NCBI GenBank assembly: GCA_964016885.1 | Contig: OZ024766.1 | Span: 3,844,001-3,908,000, forward strand | DNA length: 64,000 nt | Source: Eledone cirrhosa | Taxonomy: Eukaryota | Direction: 5' to 3' | Shown here: one piece after another, positions 27,750 to 41,350 of the stretch | How positions within the stretch are numbered: position 1 is the first letter of the stretch | Layout of the letters: each line of letters starts with the position of its first letter | The notes under the pieces: generated by a model | Seen by the model: only the letters and a program-made list of their open reading frames with translations | Told to the model about the DNA's origin: nothing | The model's database searches: none | Position numbers and translations under genes: made by a program

Positions 27750-29000
27750 TAGGAATGTGAAGGCCACTGACCTTGGAATGTGAAGGTCACTGATATATAG
27801 GAATGTGAAGGCCACTGATATATATATATAAGAATGTGAAGGTCAGACCTAGGAATGTGAAGACCACTGACCTTGGAATGTGAAGGCCACTGATATATAT
27901 ACGAATGTGAAGGCCACTGATATATATACGAATGTGAAGGTCACTGATATATAGGAATGTGAAGGCCACTGATATATATATAGAAATGTGAAGGTCAGAC
28001 CTAGGAATGTGAAGACCACTGACCTTGGAATGTGAAGGCCACTGATATATAGGAATGTGAAGGCCACTGATATATATATATGAATGTGAAGGTCACTGAC
28101 TTAGGAATGTGAAGGCCACTGACCTAGGAATGTGAAGGTCACTGACCTAGGAATGTGAAGGCCACTGACCTAGGAATGTGAAGGTCACTGACCTAGGAAT
28201 GTGAAGGCCATTGACACAGGAATGTGAAGGCCACTGACACAGGAATGTGAAGGTCACTGACCTAGGAATGTGAAGGCCACTGACCTAGGAATGTGAAGGC
28301 CATTGACACAGGAATGTGAAGGCCACTGACACAGGAATGTGAAGGTCACTGACCTAGGAATGTGAAGGCCACTGACCTAGGAATGTGAAGGCCATTGACA
28401 CAGGAATGTGAAGGCCACTGACACAGGAATGTGAAGGTCACTGATTTAGGAATGTGAAGGCCACTGACACATAGGAATGTGAAGGTCACTGACACAGGAA
28501 TGTGAAGGTCACTGACTTAGGAATGTGAAGGCCACTGACACATAGGAATGTGAAGGCCACTGACACAGGAATGTGAAGGTCACTGATTTAGGAATGTGAA
28601 GGCCACTGACACATAGGAATGTGAAGGTCACTGACACAGGAATGTGAAGGCCACTGACCTAGGAATGTGAAGGCCACTGACACAGGAATGTGAAGGTCAC
28701 TGACCTAGGAATGTGAAGGCCACTGACCTAGGAATGTGAAGGCCACTGACACAGGAATGTGAAGGCCACTGACACAGGAATGTGAAGGTCACTGACCTAG
28801 GAATGTGAAGGCCACTGACCTAGGAATGTGAAGGCCACTGACACAGGAATGTGAAGGCCACTGACACAGGAATGTGAAGGTCACTGACTTAGGAATGTGA
28901 AGGCCACTGACCTAGGAATGTGAAGGCCACTGACACAGGAATGTGAAGGTCACTGACTTAGGAATGTGAAGGCCACTGACACATAGGAATGTGAAGGCCA
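27750..29000. repeat. ~25-bp minisatellite
   Basis: Unit aggaatgtgaaggccactgac(ct/ac), with (TA)n-expanded variants at the left end. Confidence 0.95.
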
Positions 29001-29289
29001 CAACATCCTACTGAAAACGACTATCCAACATTGGTGTCTCTGGAGAGTTGCTGCAATAGGTCAAGTGTTTCCTGTCAAACAGAGCCCAACCTGTTGTAGT
29101 CAAAGGAATAAAATCAAGCCCTGCCAAAGTCAGCCGTGGCGTCCAACAAGGCACTGTGTTGGGCCCAATTCTCTTCCTTATCTACATCAATGACATTACT
29201 GATGTCATCAAGCACAGCAACATAAGAATCTTTGCAGATGATTCTAAGCTCCATATGGTCATCAATGGCGTGGGTGACTGGACATACTT

Positions 29290-29947
29290 TTAAGCCTTGA
29301 GCATTTACATTACTCTATATATACTATTGTATTTTCACAGTAAAGGCTTTACCTCACATAATATCTCACATAACATTTACATTACTCTATACATACTATT
29401 GTATTTTCACAGTAAAGGCTTTACCTCACATAATATCTCACATAACATTTACATTACTCTATATATACTATTGTATTTTCACAGTAAAGGCTTTACCTCA
29501 CATAATATCTCACATAACATTTACATTACTCTATATATACTATTGTATTTTCACAGTAAAGGCTTTACCTCACATAATATCTCACATAACATTTACATTA
29601 CTCTATATATACTATTGTATTGTCACAGTAAAGGCTTTACCTCACATAATATCTCACATAACATTTACATTACTCTATATATACTATTGTATTTTCACAG
29701 TAAAGGCTTTACCTCACATAATACCTCACATAACATTTACATTACTCTATATATACTATTGTATTTTCACAGTAAAGGCTTTACCTCACATAATATCTCA
29801 CATAATATCGAATCTATGAGATTTTGAAAGTATGTATTTTGAGAACAATACCTTAACATCAGTTTGAGCGACCAGTTACAGCCAGTTCCAACAGAAAAGG
29901 TAGAGAATTCTGGCCGGTTTTGGCCGGTTTGAACATTAAAGGGTTAA
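29290..29947 (+). mobile_element. piggyBac-type MITE with internal 60-bp tandem array (~8 units)
   Basis: Ends ttaagccttgagcattta ... attaaagggttaa; TTAA on both sides, splitting the LINE RT sequence. Confidence 0.8.
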
Positions 29948-30629
29948 TCAGATCTACTTGCTGTTATACAATGGGTGGAAAAGAACAATATGCTGCTGAA
30001 CGAGGATAAATTTGAACTAATCCACTTTGGAAAAGAGGATGCTCTGAATCTCCCATACTCCTTTCCTTCGGGTGAAACCCTCGTGGCATCTAACAACACC
30101 AGAGACTTGGGAGTAATTGTTGACAACAACATAAGCTGGGCCACTCATATAAACACCAAAGTTGACATGGCCCACAGAATATGTTCCTGGATTCTCAGAA
30201 CCTTCCAGTCGAGAGATATCCACACTGTTATTCTTCTCTTCTCTACTTTTGCCTGACCCCACCTAGAATACTGTTGTCCACTGTGGTCTCCCCATATAAA
30301 ACAAAGTATTATGAAAATTGAAGCACCTCAAAGGTCACTCATAAAAAAATAGATGGCATGTCAGGCCTTGATTATTGGGGTCAACTGGAAAAGCTCAAAC
30401 TCTATTCTCTCAAATGTCTACATTATCAACATGATATGGAAAATATTCCATCAGTATTGCCCAAATGATGTTGGGATCGTCTTTAAAGCACACCTAAGGC
30501 TTGGGCCCCGCGTTATCCACCCACAACAAAAATCAAACACCCATCTCATAGCAACAATATGTCAAAATTATTTCACCTCAATTGACCCCGCTCTCTTTGA
30601 CATTACACTAAAAACACATCATACAGAAA

Positions 30630-32108
30630 CAGATCCCATAAAATTCAAAAAGTCTTTAGAAAATCCTTCCAAGAAATCCCAGATCCCATAAAATTCAAAA
30701 ATTCTCAGCACAAATTCCTTCAAGAAATCCCAGATCCCATAAAATTCAAAAAGTTTTGGGACAAATTCCTTCAAGAAACCCCAGATCCCATAAAATTCAA
30801 AAATTCTCAGCTCAAATTTATTCAAGAAATCCCAGATCCCATAAAATTCAAAAAGTTTTGGCACAAATTCCTTCAAGAAACCCCAGATCCCATAAAATTC
30901 AAAAAGTTTTGGCACAAATTCCTTCAAGAAACCCCAGATCCCATAAAATTCAAAAAGTTTTGGCACAAATTCCTTCAAGAAACCCCAGATCCCATAAAAT
31001 TCAAAAATTCTCAGCACAAATTCCTTCAAGAAACCCCAGATCCCATAAAATTCAAAAAGTTTTGGCACAAATTCCTTCAAGAAACCCCAGATCCCATAAA
31101 ATTCAAAAATTCTCAGCACAAATTCCTTCAAGAAACCCCAGATCCCATAAAATTCAAAAAGTTTTGGCACAAATTCCTTCAAGAAACCCCAGATCCCATA
31201 AAATTCAAAAATTCTCAGCACAAATTCCTTCAAGAAACCCCAGATCCCATAAAATTCAAAAAGTTTTGGCACAAATTCCTTCAAGAAATCCCAGATCCCA
31301 TAAAATTCAAAAAGTTTGGGCACAAATTCCTTCAAGAAATCCCAGATCCCATAAAATTCAAAAAGTTTTGGCACAAATTCCTCCAAGAAACCCCAGATCC
31401 CATAAAATTCAAAAGGTTTTTGCACAAATTCCTTCAAGAAACCCCAGATCCCATAAAATTCAAAAAGTTTTGGCACAAATTCCTTCAAGAAACCCCAGAT
31501 CCCATAAAATTCAAAATGTTTTGGGACAAATTCGTCCAAGAAACCCCAGATCCCATAAAATTAAAAAAGTTTTGGCACAAATTCCTTCAAGAAACCCCAG
31601 ATCCCATAAAATTCAAAAGGTTTTGGGACAAATTCCTTCAAGAAACCCCAGATCCCATAAAATTCAAAAATTCTCAGCACAAATTCCTTCAAGAAACCCC
31701 AGATCCCATAAAATTCAAAAAGTTTTGGCACAAATTCCTTCAAGAAATCCCAGATCCCATAAAATTCAAAAAGTTTTGGCACAAATTCCTCCAAGAAACC
31801 CCAGATCCCATAAAATTCAAAAGGTTTTGGCACAAATTCCTTCAAGAAACCCCAGATCCCATAAAATTCAAAAAGTTTTGGCACAAATTCCTTCAAGAAA
31901 CCCCAGATCCCATAACATTCAAAAAGTTTTGGGACAAATTCGTCCAAGAAACCCCAGATCCCATAAAATTAAAAAAGTTTTGGCACAAATTCCCCCAAGA
32001 AACCCCAGATCCCATAAAATTCAAAAGGTTTTGGGACAAATTCGTCCAAGAAACCCCAGATCCCATAAAATTCAAAAAGTTTTGGGACAAATTCGTCCAA
32101 GAAACCCC
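30630..32108 (+). repeat. 51-bp minisatellite (~29 units) from the LINE ORF2 C-terminus
   Basis: Unit reads DPIKFKKFWDKFLQETP, continuous with the flanking LINE sequence. Confidence 0.95.
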
Positions 32109-32831
32109 GTATAAAGCTCCCCTAGACCCAGATATGTCACTGTAAACCATAACTCTCTACTTAAGTGGACCATGGTGTCCAAATCCTGATTTGAAAGACT
32201 TCATCAGGTGGTTCTGTTAAGTTAGACATGGCGTGGGTTATCAAAGTTATCAAAGTTATATATATATATATACTCAAAAAACTGTCGAGTGCTTCGAATC
32301 TGTTATAAACATATATATTTGTTGAATTACCAACAAATTAAATATCCTTTTTGCTATACGTACGTATGTACGTGTGTGTATACACACATATATATATATA
32401 TACACACACATACACATACGTACGTATATATATATATACACACATACATATATATATATATATATACAAACACATACATACACATACGTACGTATATATA
32501 TATATATACACACACATACATATATACTGAGATAATTCTGAAACTTTTGACAATTATATACTATCATATATATTTCTCTCCATACATTTGAACTATGCAT
32601 ATATATATATGTATATATATATATATACACGCACATATATATGTATATTTATATACACACATATATATATATTTACACACATATATATATAAATGTATTT
32701 ATACATACATGTATCTATATCTATATATACACGTACATACATACACATGTATATGTTTATATATGTATAAATATATAAAATATTAAACAAATAATGAATA
32801 AACAATTCCTTATATTAAACAAAAAAAGTTC

Positions 32832-32972
32832 ATTATTTAACGATCGTTTCTAGGGTATATATGTGTTATAATTGGTATGCATATTCAACAGATCTATGTA
32901 CAAAATTATACAAATTATCAAGATTAAATATACATACCTAACACATATATATACGCCGTCTTCAGAAATAAT
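32832..32972 (-). ncRNA. Type I hammerhead ribozyme motif with greatly extended stem II (third family); related copy at ~23690-23840
   Basis: AUUAUUU-CUGAAGA-(~105 nt, ends pair: auauauguguua/uaacacauauau)-GAAAC-GAUC-GUU-AAAUAAU; 7-bp stem I and palindromic stem III. Confidence 0.6.
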
Positions 32973-33057
32973 CTGTATAAATATATATATATGTTTATAT
33001 ATATCAATGTATATATTCATATGTACATATATATACATACATACAGATGCATATGCT

Positions 33058-33097
<40 letters not shown>

Positions 33098-33201
33098 CAT
33101 AAATAATAAATACATGACTTTTTTAAAGAAAAATAAACTTTGAAAGTAAATTACTTGACACATATATATATATATATATATACATCCATACACACACACA
33201 C

Positions 33202-33268
<67 letters not shown>

Positions 33269-33489
33269 CATCCATACACACACACACATATATATATACA
33301 TACATATATATATACATATATATACAGTTTTATATATGTTTTATTTCGTTTTGTCCATCTTTGACATGGTCTGGCGGCCATTATAAATGGCTCCAATGAT
33401 GACCCAAGACATTTTCATCTTCTGCTGGCAAATCTCTGCCCTTAAAATAGAAAATCCTGAGTAAATAATACGAAATATGAAATACTTAC

Positions 33490-33641
33490 AGTAGATATTC
33501 CAATCTTCAGACATTTTGCAACGGCTGTTGTTGTTTCTTTAGCTGCTATTGATGCTTTTAATGTTAATGGTGATGGTGGAGTTGTTCTAGCTTCTAGCTC
33601 TTGTCTTCTAAATGTCTGTTCAGCACAGTTGAAGATCCCCG
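33490..33641 (-). CDS. Candidate exon with 5'UTR and short coding start MSEDWNIY (ATG at 33514)
   Basis: Unique non-repeat sequence; acceptor ctaaccag|, invertebrate-type Kozak GCAAAATG, perfect donor T|gtaagt, phase 1. Confidence 0.45.
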
Positions 33642-33706
33642 CTGGTTAGATATAAATAGGTGTGTATATATTTATTTATAAATAGGAGGGTATATATATA
33701 TATATG

Positions 33707-33739
<33 letters not shown>

Positions 33740-35132
33740 ATGTGTGTGTATGTATATATAAACTTGTGTGTATTTATATATTTTCAAATAGATATAAACA
33801 AGCAGAGAAGTCTATAGATAGATAGATAGGTAGTGAGAGTGAGAGAGACAGGTAGATAGTTAGAGAGATGGAGAGGTAGATAGAGAGAGAGGTAGATATA
33901 TAGAGAGACAGGTATATAGATAGTGAGAGAGACAGGTAGATAGTTAGAGAGCGGGAGAGGTAGATAGAGAGAGAGGTAGATATATAGAGAGACAGGTATA
34001 TAGATAGTGTGAGAGACAGGTAGATAGTTAGAGAGATGGAGAGGTAGATAGAGAGAGAGAGAGACAGGTAGATAGTTAGAGAGCGGGAGAGGTAGATATA
34101 TAGAGAGACAGGTAGATAGTTAGAGAGATGGAGAGGTAGATAGATAGATCGTGATAGATAGATAGATCGTGAGAGAGAGAGATAGAGACAAGTAGATAGA
34201 TAGATAGTGAGGGAGAGAGAGACAGGTAGATAGATAGATAGTGAGAGAGAGAGAGAGACAGGTAGATAGATAGATAGTGAGAGAGAGAGAGAGACAGGTA
34301 GATAGATAGATCGTGAGAGAGATAGAGAGACAAGTAGATAGATAGATAGTGAGAGAGAGAGAGAGACAGGTAGATAGATCGTGTAAGAGAGATAGAGAGA
34401 CAGGTAGATATATAGATAGATAGTGAGAGAGAGAGAGAGAGAGAGGTAGATAGATAGATCGTGAGATATATATATATATAATTATATAAACAAATATATA
34501 TATAAACAAATATATATACAAACAAATATATATATGTATGTATGTATGTATGTATATATATAACTTTCTAGAAAGCGGTGGGAGCAGGTGTCGTGGCGGA
34601 AGGATTAAAAAGTGTAGAAAATAAATAAAAAGTGTTTAAATGGTGTATAAAAGTGTTTAAAAACCTCCGAAAGTAAAATAAAAGTTTCCAAAGATTCTTC
34701 TTCTTTCAGTTGGTTCGTCTTTCTATCTTCGCTGATGCAGAGCAAAACTTACTGGAGTATATACACATGTGTGTATATATATTTATATATATATATATAG
34801 AGAGAGAGAGGCATATATATATATAGAGAGAGAGGCATATATATATATAGAGAGAGAGAGGCATATATATATATAGAGAGAGAGAGGCACATATATATAT
34901 ATAGAGAGAGGCATATATATATAGAGAGAGAGGCACATATATATATATATAGAGAGAGAGGCATATATATATGCGCGCGTGTGTGTATATATATATGTGT
35001 GTGTATGTATATATATATGTGTCTAGATATATATATAGAGAGAGAGAGAGAGACATATATATGTGTGTGTATATATATATATATATGTATGTGTGTATGT
35101 ATATATATTTATATATCTGTCTATATATTTTG

Positions 35133-35178
<46 letters not shown>

Positions 35179-35262
35179 AAAAATATTAATTTAATGGAGA
35201 CATGCTCGTAATCAAAATATGTTTTATTACATATATATATATATATATACACACACACGCAC

Positions 35263-35363
35263 ACAGGGTGTCCAAAAAAATGTATACACACTCCAATAGC
35301 ATACTAATAAATATTGCCTATACAGGTAATCAAAGTATGTATACATTTTGCGGGGACACCCTG
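35263..35363. mobile_element. Tiny Tc1/mariner-type MITE; copies at ~2533-2614 and ~5890-5985
   Basis: TIRs cagggtgtcc...atgtatac / gtatacat...ggacaccctg in TA/CA microsatellites. Confidence 0.65.
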
Positions 35364-36087
35364 TGTTTATGTATATACATATATTTATATATATATATAA
35401 TATATATACTTTGTGTAGATATATATACATATATATATATACCCGGTACATTAGGGTTCGTTTTCAAATATATAAAAATATAAATACTTATATATACATA
35501 CACATATATATATATATATATATGTGTGCGCGCGTGTTTGTATATATAAATGTGTATATAATGTGTATATATATATATATATACACATTATTTATAAATA
35601 CAATATAAAGTATATACACAGATTTACTAAAAGTTCGTCGCCGTGTGTGTGAAGAAAGAAAGGCTAAAAGATTGAGAGAAGAAAGGTAGAAAAGTTTAAA
35701 GCAGCCGACATTTTATGCAACCAACGATTTACAACCAGAGCAGCCGACACCAATTTTTCTCAAAATACACATTTTTTTGGCAAAATTATCTCATTTTAAA
35801 TACATATTATCAAATAAAACAGACATAAATATTATATTTCTGTATTTTTAATGACTTTTTCAGTGACGAAATTTTGTTATTTTTCTATCACTTTCTATCG
35901 TTTTTATTTTTATAGCTATTATTATTATTTGTATTTATTAATATTTTGTAAATTCGCGGTAAAATCTTTATTAAAAAAATAATATAAATATATAAATATT
36001 TATAAATAATAATTTTTTTTTTTTTTTGTTGACAAATTGAGAATTTGTGAGATCGATATCAAGGTTTGGGCACATATATATATATAT

Positions 36088-36280
36088 ATAGGAACGAGTA
36101 GGACCCCGACGGCTGAGCTCAAGCCGTTTCGACGGCTAATTCAGTCCAGAATTAGCCGTCGAAACGGCTTGAGCTCAGCCGTCGGGGTCCTACTCGTTCC
36201 TATTACCCACTCTACTACCCTAAGTATTGAGTACTTTGGTGCGTTATGGTCCACCTAGTTCCTTACCACATTTCCTTCGT
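36088..36280 (+). mobile_element. Non-autonomous Penelope-like terminal-repeat fragment with inverted 5' duplication and 3' half hammerhead; copies at ~2233-2368, ~5062-5240, ~26380-26452, ~41000-41098
   Basis: Palindrome 36088-36203; GAAA-CGGCU(ugagcuc)AGCCG-UC-GGGG; conserved tail ctaagtattgagtac...ttcgt then (TA)n. Confidence 0.6.
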
Positions 36281-36314
<34 letters not shown>

Positions 36315-36629
36315 CATATATATATATATATATGCCCAAAGATGAAAGTTTTAATCAATCACCCCAAACCTTGATATCGATCTCACAAATTCTCTATATG
36401 TATGTATATATGTATGTATGTATATATGTATGTATGTATATATGTATCAAAATGCAGTAACAACTTGATAAATGCACTCTCTCTGGCGTGTTTTCTTCTC
36501 TATATTATATATATATATATGTATGTATATATATGTATATATATATATATGTGTGTGTATATATATATATATGTGTATATATATATGTGTATATATATAT
36601 GTGTGTGTGTATCTATATATATATGTGCG

Positions 36630-36669
<40 letters not shown>

Positions 36670-37689
36670 TACACACACATATGTGTGCACATATATGCAT
36701 ATATATATACATACACACATATATATGTGTACATATGCAGGTGTGTTTATATAAAGATGGCATGGAAGCTATCCACTTATAGATATTGGCACCAAATCGA
36801 CCCAGTGGTATATACTTTAAGTAGATAACTCACCCAGGGTATTTCCTCAGTATGGGTGGTCGTTTATGGCAATATTTTCACATTTACTTAAAGAAAAAAA
36901 AATCTGCCAAATTTATAAACCTTCTGCTTATTTTTTTCTGGGGGGTATCTTTTTATAATTCGTAAAACCTACTTATAAATATTGCCAGCTGAATTAATTA
37001 TAGAAGTATAAAATATACTGAAGTGAAAACCAGTCCAAGCCAAATACTGAGTGTGTTTTACTATATATTTATGGCAATATTATAACATGGATGGGTTATA
37101 ATATTCATCATCACCGTTTTACGTCCGTTCTTCCACGCTAGCATGTGTTAGACGGGTTGTCCTGTTGTGGGCAGTGTCTGGTCGGCTGACCATGCCTTGT
37201 TCATACAGGAACTGATTTTTGCTTGATTTCTACAGCTGGATGCCCTTCCTAACACCAACCTCAGTTACAGTGAGTGCTGGGTGCTTTTTTCCCGTGGCGC
37301 CTACACGTCCACTTTACAGTGTGGGCTGGGTGCTTTTTTGCTGTGGCACCTCCACGACCACTTTACAGTGAGTGCTGGGTGCTTTTTCGTGGCGCCTACA
37401 CGTCCACTTTACAGTGAGTGCTGGGTGCTTTTTTGCTGTGGCACCTCCACGACCACCTTGCGGTGGGGGGCGTGGGGGCATATTGTCTATATGCTTCAGC
37501 TTGTATTGTTTCTACTTTTGGCACAAGGCCAGCAATTACCCAGTGCATTACTGGTACTTTATTTTATCGACCCCGTAGGGATGAAAGGCAAAGTTAACCT
37601 CGGCGGGATTTGAACTCAGAATGGCAAGGGCCGTAACTCTATGCGTCAAAGCATTTATAATATTGCCAGAAATATATAGTAAGAATGAG

Positions 37690-38410
37690 TAAGACCTGGG
37701 CAGAAGTGAGAGCTGAGCTCAGTAGAGGTAAACCCGAGGAAGACCTGGGCAGAGATGGTGAGAGCTGACCTCAGTAGAGGTAGACCCGAGAAAGACGTGG
37801 GCAGAGGTGGTGAGAGCTGAGCTCAGTAGAGGTAGGCCGAGGAAGACCTGGGCAGAGGTGGTGAGAGCTGACCTCAGTAGAGGTAGACCGAGGAAGACCT
37901 GGGCAGAGGAGGTGAGAACTGACCTCAGTAGAGGTAAACCGAGGAAGACCTGGGCAAAAGTGGTGAGAGCTGACCTCACTAGAGGTAGACCAAGGAAGAC
38001 CTGGGCAGAGGTGGTGAGAGCTGACCTCAGTAGAGGTAGGCAGAGGTGGTGAGAGCTGAGCTCAGTAGAGGTAGACCAAGGAAGACCTGGGCAGAGGTGG
38101 TGAGAGCTGACCTCAGTAGAGGTAGGCAGAGGTGGTGAGAGCTGAGCTCAGTAGAGGTAGACCGAGGAAAAGCTGGGCAGAGGTGGTGAGAGCTGAGCTC
38201 AGTAGAGGTAGACTGAGGAAGAGCTGGGCATAAACGCGAGGAAGAGCTGGGCAGAAGTGGTGAGAGCCGGCCTCAAATTGCTGAGACTCACAGAGGGGAT
38301 GACAAAGAAATGCAGGGAGTAAACAGATGGAGTACTGAGGAGGACTTGTCCTATCCATGGAACAGTGGACGAAAGACAGTGAATGATGTTGAGAAGGAGG
38401 AAGGGGATGA
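37690..38410 (+). repeat. 54-bp array (~10 units) from an RTE LINE C-terminus, plus LINE tail
   Basis: Unit reads RGRPRKTWAEVVRADLS, the typical RTE 'RGRPxxxW' motif. Confidence 0.9.
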
Positions 38411-38414
38411 TATG

Positions 38415-38477
<63 letters not shown>

Positions 38478-38611
38478 GAGTGTCTGTATGTGTGTGTGTA
38501 TGTATCACCATCATCATCATTTTACGTCCGCTTTTCCCTGCTTGTAAGGGTGGGACGGGTCCTATTCAGCACAGCATCTCTCCACTTGTCACGGTCCTTC
38601 AGCATCTCCAC

Positions 38612-38653
<42 letters not shown>

Positions 38654-39013
38654 AGCTCTGTACTACATATAGAGCACTCTTATTTCCTTTACCTTTTCTA
38701 TGGAAATACTTAACATACACACATACATATTATATATACATATATATACAGATATATGTATATATTTATATATACATATAATATATATATACATACATAT
38801 ATACATATGTATATATTTACATATAAATATATATATACATACATATGTATATATTAACATATAATATATATATTAACACATATATATATATATATATATA
38901 CATATAAATAGATATACATATATATATATATACATACATATATATTTACATATACATACATATATACATATACATAAATGTATATATGTATATATTTACA
39001 CACACACACACAT

Positions 39014-39052
<39 letters not shown>

Positions 39053-39083
39053 GTATATATTTACACACACACATTATATATAT

Positions 39084-39148
<65 letters not shown>

Positions 39149-39208
39149 TATATATATATAATATATATATATATACACACATATATATATATATATATAC
39201 ACATATAT

Positions 39209-39252
<44 letters not shown>

Positions 39253-39605
39253 TATACACACATATATATATATTACACAACCGTTGGCTCAACGAGGGCA
39301 GTCTCCTTCGTACCGATATATACATACATAAGATAATCCAGTGTGACTTGAGGGAGATTTAGCTGTTTCCTCTAGCAATTCCAGCAAATACACAGAGGCT
39401 TGCTCCTTTTATCAGCCGCCCTTTCTAGCAAGTTCAATAAACCCAGATATTTGACTGTACACCCTCAGACATGATAGAGAAACGGTGAGGAGGACAAGGG
39501 CAATAACTCCGTAGTTTCTATTTTTTTTTTAACGACGTTGTTATCTCCCTTACTTTTCCAGTGTGGAAAAATACACCAGTAGGATTTTGCCTGTAATATC
39601 CATCT

Positions 39606-40741
39606 AGAGATTCTTTCCTGAGACATTCTAACCACATGTCTGTAGTATCAGAGCTGTGATCTCTCAATTCAGAGATTCTTTCCTCAGACATTCTAAACAC
39701 ATGTCTGTAGTATCAGAGCTGTGATCTCTCAATTCAGAGATTCTTTCCTCAGACATTCTAACCACATGTCTGTAGTATCAGAGCTGTGATCTCTCAATTC
39801 AGAGATTCTTTCCTGAGACATTCTAACCACATGTCTGTAGTATCAGAGCTGTGATCTCTCAATTCAGAGATTCTTTCCTGAGACATTCCTACTACATGTC
39901 TGTAGTATCAGAGCTGTGATCTCTCAATTCAGAGATTCTTTCCTGAGACATTCTAACCACATGTCTGTAGTACCAGAGCTGTGATATCTCTTTTCAGAGA
40001 TTCTTTCCTCAGACATTCTAACCACATGTCTGTAGTATCAGAGGTGTGGTCTCTCAATTCAGAGATTCTTTCCTGAGACATTCTAACCGCATGTCTGTAG
40101 TATCAGAGCTGTGATCTCTTAATCCAGAGATTCTTTCCTCAGACATTCTAACCACATGTCTGTAGTATCAGAGCTGTGATCTCCCATTTCAGAGATTCTT
40201 TCCTGAGACATTCTAACCACATGTGTGTAGTATCAGAGCTGTGGTCTCCCATTTCAGAGATTCTTTCCTCAGACATTCTAACCACATGTCTGTAGTATCA
40301 GAGCTGTGATCTCTCTATTCAGAGATTCTTTCCTGAGACATTCTAACCACATGTCTGTAGTATCAGAGCTGTGATCTCTCAATTCAGAGATTCTTTCCTG
40401 AGACATTCTAACCACATGTCTGTAGTATCAGAGGTGTGGTCTCTCAATTCAGAGATTCTTTCCTGAGACATTCTAACCACATGTCTGTAGTATCAGAGCT
40501 GTGATCTCTCAATTCAGAGATTCTTTCCTGAGACATTCTAACCACATGTCTGTAGTATCAGAGCTGTGATCTCTCAATTCAGAGATTCTTTCCTGAGACA
40601 TTCTAACCACATGTCTGTAGTATCAGAGCTGTGGTCTCCCATTTCAGAGATTCTTTCCTCAGACATTCTAACCACATGTCTGTAGTATCAGAGCTGTGAT
40701 CTCTCAATCCAGAGATTCTTTCCTCAGACATTCTAACCACA
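39606..40741 (-). repeat. 65-bp minisatellite (~17 units) from an RTE LINE
   Basis: Minus strand reads IERSQL*YYRHVVRMSQERIS and continues RWILQAK, like the RTE 'RWxGHVxRM' region. Confidence 0.88.
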
Positions 40742-41097
40742 GTAAAAGACATAAAAGAATGTGGTGCCCCAGCATGGTCACAGTCTAGTGACTGAAACCA
40801 TGTAAGATAACGTGGTGCCCCAGCATGGCCACAGTCTAGTGACTGAAACCAGTAACAGAATCAAATGTAAGAATTTAAAGAACACAAGAAGAGTTTAAAG
40901 TGTCTTAAAATGTTTTTATTGTAGAATTAAAGAAATAAACCCTGAAAAGACCGAAGATAAACTTTTTTTAACCCTTTAGCATTCACATGACTCTATTCAT
41001 CGGGGTCATACATTTTCCTATTACCCACTCTACTACCCTAAGTATTGAGTACTCTGGTGCGTTATGGTCCATCTGGTTCCTTACCACACTTCCTTCG

Positions 41098-41135
<38 letters not shown>

Positions 41136-41350
41136 AAAAAAAGAAGAGCTTGTATTTACGTTAATTTAAAAAGAATTGGCAGATATATATATATGTGTGT
41201 GTGTGTGCATGTATGTATATATTAGAGATATGAGCAAAAAGTTAAAAGATTAAAAATGTAAAAGTTAAAATTGAAAATGGTGTGAAACAGGGTACATACC
41301 AGCTCTTATATTGTATTTCATCTATTTTGCAGCCTGTCTCAGATATAGAT

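Larger units (their letters stand above)
28996..32230 (+). mobile_element. Degenerate CR1/L2-like LINE 3' portion, interrupted by a MITE and a 51-bp array
   Basis: GVQQGTVLGPILFLIYIND...IFADDSKL; LLNEDKFELIHFG; RDLGVIVD; HLEYCCPLWSP; with stops and frameshifts. Confidence 0.9.

Noticed and set aside
30619-32145. Long repetitive ORFs of 306-452 aa
   Set aside because: A 51-bp unit is divisible by 3 and derives from a dead LINE, so open frames are expected.
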